64,000 nt of DNA, taken from positions 62,001-126,000 of the IMG/VR virus record IMGVR_UViG_3300027899_000001. The stretch is one strand, 5' to 3'. Below, piece by piece: positions 1 to 7,035 of this stretch. How positions within the stretch are numbered: the stretch's first letter is position 1; every line of letters starts with the position of its first letter. Under the pieces are notes generated by a model. The model was given only the letters and a program-made list of their open reading frames with translations, made no database searches and was not told where the DNA came from. Position numbers and translations under genes: made by a program.

Positions 1-234
1 AAAAAATTGTATAGAACAATTATCAACATTTAATGTTCCATCTAAATTTATTGTTACATAATTCATTACGTCGAAATCATCAAAACCACTACGATCATTG
101 GGTTTAAAATATTTATGTAAACCTGAGTTAATTTGATTTAGCCATTTTTTAATTTTTTGAGCTAAACCAATTCCCATATCCCATACAGGATCTGAATTTT
201 CTACAAATTTTTCAAATACATATTGAGCTTTCAT
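1..234 (-). CDS. Partial ORF running off the window start; tagged putative internal head protein (MKAQYVFEKFVENSDPVWDMGIGLAQKIKKW...TINLDGTLNV)
   Basis: Hand-translated, not in the ORF track. ATG at 234, open frame to position 1. Carries the EKFxExSDPxxDMGIG tag and an INxDGTxDV segment shared with ORF 15642-16172. Late-promoter motif at 247-262. Confidence 0.85.
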   Translation of the reverse strand, partial: MKAQYVFEKFVENSDPVWDMGIGLAQKIKKWLNQINSGLHKYFKPNDRSGFDDFDVMNYVTINLDGTLNVDNCSIQFF

Positions 235-284
235 AGAATGAATTACTTTTATTTATATATTCTTTATGTCTAAATTGAATTGAC

Positions 285-310
285 AAAAAACCCCCACTGA
301 GGCTGGGGGT
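285..310 (-). terminator. Intrinsic terminator ending the tmRNA transcript
   Basis: CCCCCA-GCCTCAG-TGGGGG followed by TTTTTT on the minus strand. Confidence 0.8.
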
Positions 311-334
311 AAATCTCCTACCAACGAGTGCTTC

Positions 335-370
335 TTAAGCAGCCATTTGTAATGCGTAACTATTTTCGCC
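335..370 (-). other. tmRNA tag reading frame (A)GENSYALQMAA*
   Basis: GGC GAA AAT AGT TAC GCA TTA CAA ATG GCT GCT TAA, preceded by GTAAAC. Stop codon lies in a TGCTT/AAGCA hairpin. Resembles Bacteroidota GENNYALAA-type tags. Confidence 0.8.
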
Positions 371-548
371 GTTTACTTGCGTGTTGAGACATTCATTATT
401 TCCCTTAGTATACAATCTAAACCAAATCATCCCCATTAAAAGCAATATCTCTTTTATAAAGATTTGTGGAGATGGTGGGATCCGACCCCACGTCTTGCAT
501 ACCTACTCTATAACTAGCTCTTGCGAGCATTCTCAATATCTTAAAGAA

Positions 549-556
549 CAAATATA
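549..556 (-). promoter_or_regulatory. Bacteroidota-type -7 element (TATATTTG) upstream of tmRNA
   Basis: Matches TAnnTTTG; lies just upstream of the predicted 5' end of the acceptor piece. Confidence 0.55.
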
Positions 557-600
557 ATACAAAATCTTACAATTTGTATCATATCTTTGTTAATTATTTG

Positions 601-951
601 TTAAACTTTAGCTTTTGTTGCTCTTTTTCTTGGAGCTGTAACAGGTTTAACAGTTTCAACTGGTTGTGTTGGAGGTGCTGGAGGTGCTGGAGGATTAACT
701 ACTTGAGGATCTTCAGTAGGCGTATTAAATAATTTATTAAGACCAAAAAATCTCCAAAGTACATAATAAATAACAAATATTGCTAACCAAATTCCTAATA
801 CTCCATGAAGTAATCCTTTAGTAGCTACAAATGCAAAAAATAATATTAATATATTAACATATTGTACCCAATATTTTTTAAATTCCGGCAATGCTGTATT
901 TATTGCCCATCCTTTTAATACTTCCCATAATTTTGTTAAAAAGTTTTTCAT
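601..951 (-). CDS. Hypothetical membrane protein (about 2 TM segments, Pro-rich then basic C-terminus); possibly lysis-related
   Basis: Hydrophobic YVNILILFFAFVA and GVLGIWLAIFVIYYVLW; PPAPPAPP tail. Confidence 0.6.
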   Translation of the reverse strand: MKNFLTKLWEVLKGWAINTALPEFKKYWVQYVNILILFFAFVATKGLLHGVLGIWLAIFVIYYVLWRFFGLNKLFNTPTEDPQVVNPPAPPAPPTQPVETVKPVTAPRKRATKAKV

Positions 952-973
952 AGTTTTAAGTTTATTTTAAAGA

Positions 974-1069
974 TTATTTTTCTGATACTTTATCCCATAT
1001 AATAACTGCTAATAGGATAACTATTATACCCCCTAAGATAATAATAGTTTTTAAAAATGTTGTGTCCAT
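974..1069 (-). CDS. Small single-TM protein, 31 aa (MDTTFLKTIIILGGIIVILLAVIIWDKVSEK)
   Basis: Hand-translated; fills the gap between portal and 601-951 in the same orientation. Confidence 0.55.
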   Translation of the reverse strand: MDTTFLKTIIILGGIIVILLAVIIWDKVSEK

Positions 1070-1086
1070 GCTATTAAATTTTAATT

Positions 1087-2907
1087 TTAAATTCCTAATG
1101 TTGTTCCACCGGCTTCAGGTGCTGTTTCTGTTCCTCCTGTTTCAGTGCCAGGTTCAGTAGGAGCGCCAAGGCCAAGATCTTCTCCCCCGCCACCCATACC
1201 TAAACCGCCGCCAAGATCCATTCCTCCGCCCATTCCACCAGTTGAAGTTCCAGGAACTCCTCCTTCTTCGCCTTGAGCTGCATTAATACGTTTAACATTT
1301 TGAGCAATACGAGTAAGTTGTTCTCTTCTTTCTTTCTTATATCTTTCATTTAATTTCATATCTTCTTCAGTAAAATCCATATATTTTTCAACTAAAAATT
1401 TTGGATCAAAATACATTCCATCTACTGTTATATTTCCTTCAGCATCAACTTCTTGTTGTTTAATATTCATTAATTCACCAACTATACCAGATCCTTGTCT
1501 AGCTATGTCTCTTTTCTTAGCCTCAGTAAATAAGTTTTCTTCAATGAATTCAAGACCAATAGCACCTTTTAATGCTTTATCTTTTGCAAACTCTGGATGT
1601 TTTAAACAAAATTGAATCCAAGTAGGTTTTAATAATATATCTTGAAGTATAGAACGAATACGATTAATAAAATAATTAAATCTTATTTCTTCTCTTGCAA
1701 TGCTTTCTCCGCCAGTTGTCCAATTAGAACCGCCAGATGCACCTTCTTCTCCACTACTTGAAAATCTATCTTTTGGAATTTTTGTTTCAATAATAAATCT
1801 TTTCCAAAAATAATCAAGAGCCATTGTTCCTGTTAAATCAAATCCCTGAGGAGCAAAAGAATCCACTTCAACTTGTCCACCACCTTCTTTTGATGGAAAG
1901 ATATATTGTTTTGCAAATGAAAAATTTGGAGTTCCATTAATTGTTACTTCACCACTGTGATAATCTATTGTAACATCTTCTTTATACATTGCACGTAATT
2001 CAGATAATCGTGTTCTTGCTTTAACTTCTGATTGTGTTCCAATAGGCACAATCATTTTCATACGATATTGAGAATTAATTACATTCCAAATAATACGTGA
2101 ATTTTCCATTGTTCTAAGCATATTAAATGCTCTTACAAGTCTTTCAACATATGATAAACGAGATATAAAATTTCCTCTAGCCCATGAAATATAAATTATA
2201 TTTCCGTCAACTAATTCTCTTTGTTTTTCTGAATCTCCTCTAAATTGAATCCATACTCTAAATTCGTTACCATCTTCATCTTTTCTCATTTCTGGTTCAA
2301 GAGTAACAGGATCAAGTTCTTTAAATCCTAAAACATTTTTTGCAGGGTCAGAGCCTTCACCGTCATATATAATTTCAAATGCAAGAAATCCATCAATTAA
2401 GAATTTTTTACAATAATGCCATCCATCATGTCCAGTATTAAAACCGAATGCATAATAAACTCTTTTAAAAGATTCATTGAGATCATCTACAATTTCTTTT
2501 GCTTTTTCGGCTTTAAGAACTGATTTTAATTTTTTCGTATTAGGATATGCAAAAAAGTTAGCATCATCTTGAATAATTGTTTCATCTGCTATAACTTCTA
2601 TTACATGTTCTATTTCTCCATTCATTGCAAATCTACGAAGAAAATCTCTTCTTGTTGGATATTCTTTATCAAAAAATGCAATAAATTCTTTTTGATTAAT
2701 ATCGGCTCCGGAATATAATTGATGTTGCCCATAAAGACTATAGATTGAGTCTTCAGTTTGTTCACTAATACCAATGGCACGAGATTGCTTTATTACTCGT
2801 TCATCCCATTTCATTCCAAGAACAGAAAGATATCGGATATTTCTTTGTATGTTATCTAAAAAAGATTTAGAATTTCTATCCAAATCTCGAATTGAAAATC
2901 CTGCCAT
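1087..2907 (-). CDS. gp20: Portal protein, T4 gp20-like, with Gly-rich C-terminal tail
   Basis: ERLVRAFNMLRTMENSRIIW, LDYFWKRFIIETKIPKDRF and IAREEIRFNYFINRIR align by eye with gp20 conserved blocks. Confidence 0.85.
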   Translation of the reverse strand: MAGFSIRDLDRNSKSFLDNIQRNIRYLSVLGMKWDERVIKQSRAIGISEQTEDSIYSLYGQHQLYSGADINQKEFIAFFDKEYPTRRDFLRRFAMNGEIEHVIEVIADETIIQDDANFFAYPNTKKLKSVLKAEKAKEIVDDLNESFKRVYYAFGFNTGHDGWHYCKKFLIDGFLAFEIIYDGEGSDPAKNVLGFKELDPVTLEPEMRKDEDGNEFRVWIQFRGDSEKQRELVDGNIIYISWARGNFISRLSYVERLVRAFNMLRTMENSRIIWNVINSQYRMKMIVPIGTQSEVKARTRLSELRAMYKEDVTIDYHSGEVTINGTPNFSFAKQYIFPSKEGGGQVEVDSFAPQGFDLTGTMALDYFWKRFIIETKIPKDRFSSSGEEGASGGSNWTTGGESIAREEIRFNYFINRIRSILQDILLKPTWIQFCLKHPEFAKDKALKGAIGLEFIEENLFTEAKKRDIARQGSGIVGELMNIKQQEVDAEGNITVDGMYFDPKFLVEKYMDFTEEDMKLNERYKKERREQLTRIAQNVKRINAAQGEEGGVPGTSTGGMGGGMDLGGGLGMGGGGEDLGLGAPTEPGTETGGTETAPEAGGTTLGI

Positions 2908-2941
2908 GTTAATTCTTTATTTATTTTATATATTTAATATT

Positions 2942-3646
2942 CTATTTAGTTTTATTTAGATTATTCCAATAAGTTCTATATATCATTTCTAGATTAGCTT
3001 TTTTGAAAGATTGTTTTGAATCAAAAAATGGAATATATTGCCATTCCTCATATTCTATCATTCTTAATTTACGAATATGATTAAGACTATAAGACCTATA
3101 ACCATAATTAAAAAGAGCGTTTTGTTGATCATTAAACATTTTAAAAATAGCAGGATTTTTTCCAGTTATTGCAGCAATTTGATATTCAGCGTTTAGTGCT
3201 AAAACATTGTACTCTGTATCTCTTTCTATATCTTTTAAAAACGGTTTATATAAATCATAATAGGCTTGAAAAAATTTTACTCTTTCGCCTTTAGGTAACA
3301 TATTTAAATTTATGCCTTTAACTAATTTATTAGAATAATCATATCTTGTACAAAATAATATTGGAGTAAAATCATGAAATGTAATAACTTTTCCTGTTTT
3401 TAAATTTTGTAACTCGTTTATATTAGTTTCATTTAAATGAATAAAAGTATATACCATTCCTTCTGCAGGTACTCCTCTCTTTACTCTATTTACAATAGAT
3501 TCTTGATCAGTAGATTCAATGTCTATTAATTTTTTAGAACCCTTTAAATCTAATTTAAGATAATTATCAAATAAACGCTCAAATGCAAGATCATTGATTC
3601 CATCTATTCGTTTTAATTTTTCATGTATTAATTTTGGATCTTCCAT
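2942..3646 (-). CDS. gp2: DNA end protector protein, T4 gp2-like
   Basis: HDFTPILF...GINLNMLPKGERVKF...YSLNHIR...EEWQYIPF; adjacent to gp4-like gene. Confidence 0.65.
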   Translation of the reverse strand: MEDPKLIHEKLKRIDGINDLAFERLFDNYLKLDLKGSKKLIDIESTDQESIVNRVKRGVPAEGMVYTFIHLNETNINELQNLKTGKVITFHDFTPILFCTRYDYSNKLVKGINLNMLPKGERVKFFQAYYDLYKPFLKDIERDTEYNVLALNAEYQIAAITGKNPAIFKMFNDQQNALFNYGYRSYSLNHIRKLRMIEYEEWQYIPFFDSKQSFKKANLEMIYRTYWNNLNKTK

Positions 3647-3648
3647 AT

Positions 3649-4269
3649 CTATGCATTATTTGAGGGCCAAAATCTTCCTATTAATTTTTGAAGAGTATCT
3701 TCTGTGAATACATAAAATTTTACGCCATTTTTTTCAGCATAAGCATTCATAGCAGCAAATTTAGCTTCATTAATTAAAAATTCTTTAGCATCTAAATTAA
3801 ATCTTTTCCATTCTTTTAACGGAGCATTTGGACCAGGAGGCACAGGTTTCTTAAGTTTATTGGCAGGCTTTATATCTAAAAACATTTTTTCTACTTTTCC
3901 TTCGCCTTTATCTATTTCAATCCAGAAATCAGTATTATAGTTTTTAACAACCCAATTTTTTGGATCATTGGGATTTAGTCCATATTTTTTGCATTCTTCA
4001 AGTTTAGATACTCTATCATAATATGGAACTTTAATTGGTTCTGAAGACCAACGTTTAACTGATGGAGAAAAATCACACCATCTACAAAATGATTTCTCCC
4101 AACCTGAACGATATATTACAAGATTAGGATCGCCTAGATATTTATCAGGATTTTGAACTTTATAATATCCTTGATAGGTTTCACCCTTTTTTAATTTTCC
4201 CGCTTCAGTAAAATTATTACGTTTGGGTGTATGCCATAATTTATAATTTTGATTTAGATTATCACTCAT
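3649..4269 (-). CDS. gp4: Head completion nuclease, T4 gp4-like (likely start MSDNLNQ at 4269)
   Basis: GYYKVQNPDKYLGDPNLVIYRSGWEKSFCRWCD...WSSEPIKVPY...YNTDF...DIKP. Confidence 0.85.
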   Translation of the reverse strand: MSDNLNQNYKLWHTPKRNNFTEAGKLKKGETYQGYYKVQNPDKYLGDPNLVIYRSGWEKSFCRWCDFSPSVKRWSSEPIKVPYYDRVSKLEECKKYGLNPNDPKNWVVKNYNTDFWIEIDKGEGKVEKMFLDIKPANKLKKPVPPGPNAPLKEWKRFNLDAKEFLINEAKFAAMNAYAEKNGVKFYVFTEDTLQKLIGRFWPSNNA

Positions 4270-5014
4270 TGCAGATATTTTTATATTTACATTTTTCGCC
4301 ATGCCATTTTCCATAATTGCCGGGGTCAAAATCTTTATTACAATAGTTACAATGTTTATATTTTCTTTTATGTGATGATATACTCAATTTTTCTTTAGTT
4401 TGTGAAGAATGCTTTCGCCCTTTATTAGCTAATTGTAATTTATATTTATATTCTTGTATTTTTATTTTCCCTTGTTCTTCTCCATATTTTTCAATTAAAC
4501 TTTCGCAAACCGATCCCTTAAAGAATGCATTATTTTTAAGTTTTTTTGCATTTGATATACGTTTTTTTGTTTCGATTGAACGCTTATGTCCATAAGTTGC
4601 TTTAGAAATATTATTTTTCCATTCTGTTGTTAATTTAAGTCCTAATCTAGCTTTACCTATTTTTTGTTTTGTTATTTTAGAATGCCCAGTTAATGAAATT
4701 AATTCTTTTACATATTTATAGTCACGAGAAGAAATTTTATAGTTTTCTTTATGTATACCAAATATCATTTTATGAAATGCTAATGTGATTTTTCTGTTTC
4801 CTTTATATATGTATGTAAGCAATTTGTGACAAATATAATGTTCTCTTGCTGTCAATAAAACTAAATTTTCTTTTTCGTTAGTTCCGCCTAAACACAATGG
4901 AATTATATGATGATTTTCATAATAAACATAATCTTCTTGATTTTTTCTTAACTTAATTCTATTTTCAAGTTTTGCTACTTGAATTATAGATTCATAGACT
5001 TTTAGATGATTCAT
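4262..5014 (-). CDS. Free-standing HNH homing endonuclease with NUMOD3-like repeats
   Basis: ENHHIIPLCLGGTNEKENLVLLTAREHYICH; GHKRSIETKKRIS and GRKHSSQTKEKLS repeats; overlaps gp4 start by 8 nt. Confidence 0.85.
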   Translation of the reverse strand: MNHLKVYESIIQVAKLENRIKLRKNQEDYVYYENHHIIPLCLGGTNEKENLVLLTAREHYICHKLLTYIYKGNRKITLAFHKMIFGIHKENYKISSRDYKYVKELISLTGHSKITKQKIGKARLGLKLTTEWKNNISKATYGHKRSIETKKRISNAKKLKNNAFFKGSVCESLIEKYGEEQGKIKIQEYKYKLQLANKGRKHSSQTKEKLSISSHKRKYKHCNYCNKDFDPGNYGKWHGEKCKYKNICNE

Positions 5015-5212
5015 TTATTATCATTATTAGTCATTTTAAAAACTTCCTATATGTACATTTATATAGCCTTCTTTTACTTTCTTTTGAAAAAAATCTGCAT
5101 AAATTTTTACAGAATCGCTTTCTCTACATATATGAAGGCGCCCTTCAGCCATTTCGTTTTCAAGAAATTTTTCAAAAGAACTTTTCTTTTTTCTAAATAT
5201 ACGCATTTTTAT

Positions 5213-5563
5213 TTATATATTATAGATCTTATTACTTGACACCGAAATTTTCTTTGATTTTGGCATATTTCCATATAATTTTCTCCATCCTTTTGCGAAA
5301 CCGTTTTTAATTATTTGTGTAAAATATGCGAATGCATTTTGAGATTTTGCCGGATCATATCCTCGCCAATATTGAAAACAATCCATAACTGCAAATGATA
5401 TACAATCTTCTCGATCTTCAGGATAAATATAGTTTAATTTAGTAGAAAATTTCTTTGCCATTAACATAAACATATCCAAAGCAATTGGAGTTAATTTATC
5501 AGCTTCTTTAGATTTTATTATTTCGTTTCGCAGGTCGGCATTCTTTACATGATGTAGTCCCAT
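5213..5563 (-). CDS. gp55: Late-transcription sigma factor, T4 gp55-like (short)
   Basis: EDREDCISFAVMDCFQYWRGYDPAKSQNAFAYFTQIIKNGF. Confidence 0.8.
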   Translation of the reverse strand: MGLHHVKNADLRNEIIKSKEADKLTPIALDMFMLMAKKFSTKLNYIYPEDREDCISFAVMDCFQYWRGYDPAKSQNAFAYFTQIIKNGFAKGWRKLYGNMPKSKKISVSSNKIYNI

Positions 5564-5652
5564 AATTTCAATTTTAATTAATTTTTAATTTATATGAACA
5601 AAACGCGACATTGTTTTGTCACGTTTAATTTTTAATTAATTTTTAACACTTA

Positions 5653-6153
5653 TCATTCATTTTTTTCCTTTGGTTCAATAGGAGTAATAATAATGTTTGG
5701 GTCTAATTTAGGAGGCTTAATTTTTTCTTCAGGTATTTTAGGAATAAGTTGAAGTTTTAATTCATCCATATATTGTACAAAATCTTTCTTTGTAAGAGAT
5801 TTATCATTAGCAAGATATTTAATCCAAGATTCTTTCATAAAATTTTGATTATCTATTATAAGATTTTGATTTTTTACTACATCATTTGTTTTTAATTTAA
5901 TTTCCCATACAATGACTATCAAAGAATCTAATTTTCTACTATCTGTAAGTTGATTAAATTTTATTTCAGTAACATCTTTTTTAAGAGATATTTTTTCATT
6001 ATCTTTTCTTTCTGACTTTACACCAAGCGTCCATACAAAGGTCACTGCGGTTACTACAGTCATGAAGTAACCCCAATAATTTTTTATAAATTCACCAAAC
6101 GGATTGGTTACTTTAATAGGTATCGTCGGTTTAACCGGTGTTTGTTTAGCCAT
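5653..6153 (-). CDS. Hypothetical protein, N-terminal TM segment plus coiled-coil
   Basis: YWGYFMTVVTAVTFVWTLGV; operon-packed ORF. Confidence 0.55.
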   Translation of the reverse strand: MAKQTPVKPTIPIKVTNPFGEFIKNYWGYFMTVVTAVTFVWTLGVKSERKDNEKISLKKDVTEIKFNQLTDSRKLDSLIVIVWEIKLKTNDVVKNQNLIIDNQNFMKESWIKYLANDKSLTKKDFVQYMDELKLQLIPKIPEEKIKPPKLDPNIIITPIEPKEKNE

Positions 6154-6365
6154 TAGTCTAATGCATCTATTACTTCATCTAAAAGAGCTTTAATAGTAGG
6201 ATCTGTTATTTGATATTTAGCTCTAACTAATTTTTTAATTAATAATTTTTTTCTTCTGAAATCTCCTTTAAAATTAAGAGTTATTCCAAATACAACGCCT
6301 TCAAGATTGTCTCCTTTTTCAAAATCTTCATCTGAATAAATTTCATTAATAGTTTTTGCTCTCAT
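6153..6365 (-). CDS. Hypothetical protein
   Basis: Tightly packed ORF in a minus-strand operon. Confidence 0.55.
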   Translation of the reverse strand: MRAKTINEIYSDEDFEKGDNLEGVVFGITLNFKGDFRRKKLLIKKLVRAKYQITDPTIKALLDEVIDALD

Positions 6366-6366
6366 A

Positions 6367-7011
6367 TTATACTGATAATGTTCTTAACGTTCCTTTAGGC
6401 ATTGTTTGCATTTCTTGTTGTCCATCAGGAGTTTTACGAATGATTTTAACTGCATCTGCATCTCCAATAGCATTTGAATAATCAACAGCGTTAATAAGAA
6501 TATTTTCAAGAGCATCTTCATTGCCCTCATCTATAATGACTCCCGGAACATAGTTGTCTTCATTTGCAAAATCATTAAGATCTTCAAATATTCTAACTTG
6601 TGATTTAGGCATAAATGAAACACTTCCTTCTATAAGAACTTTTACGTTATCATCATCTTTTGCTTTTTGCCACAAGTCATATCTAACAAAACAATCACTA
6701 AGTTTAATAGGAACATTTCCCATATAAACTCCGCATTTAATATATTGTTCAAATAAAAGTTTTTGAGTAACTTCATCAAATTTGAACTGTTTTTCAGGTG
6801 TTATTTCAGGCGTTTCTTGTTTCTCAGTTTTGAGTTTAGAAGGATCAACTAATGATGTGTTTCCTTGAATTTGAACAATAACTTGTCCATTGATTTCTCC
6901 AATCACAAATCCTTTTTGTCCATCAAGTTTTACTTTATCTCCTATTTGGACGCATTCATTAAGTTGTAAATATTCTACTTCTTGTTTTTCTTCATCTAAT
7001 ATATTATCCAT
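6367..7011 (-). CDS. Hypothetical protein (N-terminal KOW/SH3-like segment)
   Basis: IGDKVKLDGQKGFVIGE motif; operon-packed. Confidence 0.55.
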   Translation of the reverse strand: MDNILDEEKQEVEYLQLNECVQIGDKVKLDGQKGFVIGEINGQVIVQIQGNTSLVDPSKLKTEKQETPEITPEKQFKFDEVTQKLLFEQYIKCGVYMGNVPIKLSDCFVRYDLWQKAKDDDNVKVLIEGSVSFMPKSQVRIFEDLNDFANEDNYVPGVIIDEGNEDALENILINAVDYSNAIGDADAVKIIRKTPDGQQEMQTMPKGTLRTLSV

Positions 7012-7035
7012 AGCTTAAAATTTTTATTTTGCTAT

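Larger units (their letters stand above)
285..540 (-). ncRNA. ssrA: Circularly permuted (two-piece) tmRNA gene
   Basis: On the minus strand the T-arm GAC-GTGGG-GTCGGAT-CCCAC and acceptor 3' strand CATCTCC-A (494-467) come BEFORE the 5' acceptor strand GGGGATG (434-428). The 7-bp acceptor stem has G3.U70. P2 TTGTATAC (415-408) pairs with GTATGCAA (502-495). Tag ORF at 370-335. 32-nt intervening segment at 466-435. Confidence 0.9.

Noticed and set aside
467-494. Stand-alone tRNA (T-arm plus acceptor strand)
   Set aside because: No D-arm or anticodon arm upstream; the matching 5' acceptor strand lies downstream, which fits a permuted tmRNA
5015-5212. Small basic ORFs (32 and 40 aa) and a TGAAGG/CCTTCA hairpin between gp55 and the HNH gene
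   Set aside because: Two overlapping candidate frames with no homology cue; cannot tell which, if either, is real
5591-5630. Imperfect hairpin upstream of the gp55-like gene as a regulatory RNA
   Set aside because: Single copy with a mismatch; most simply a terminator for the upstream operon
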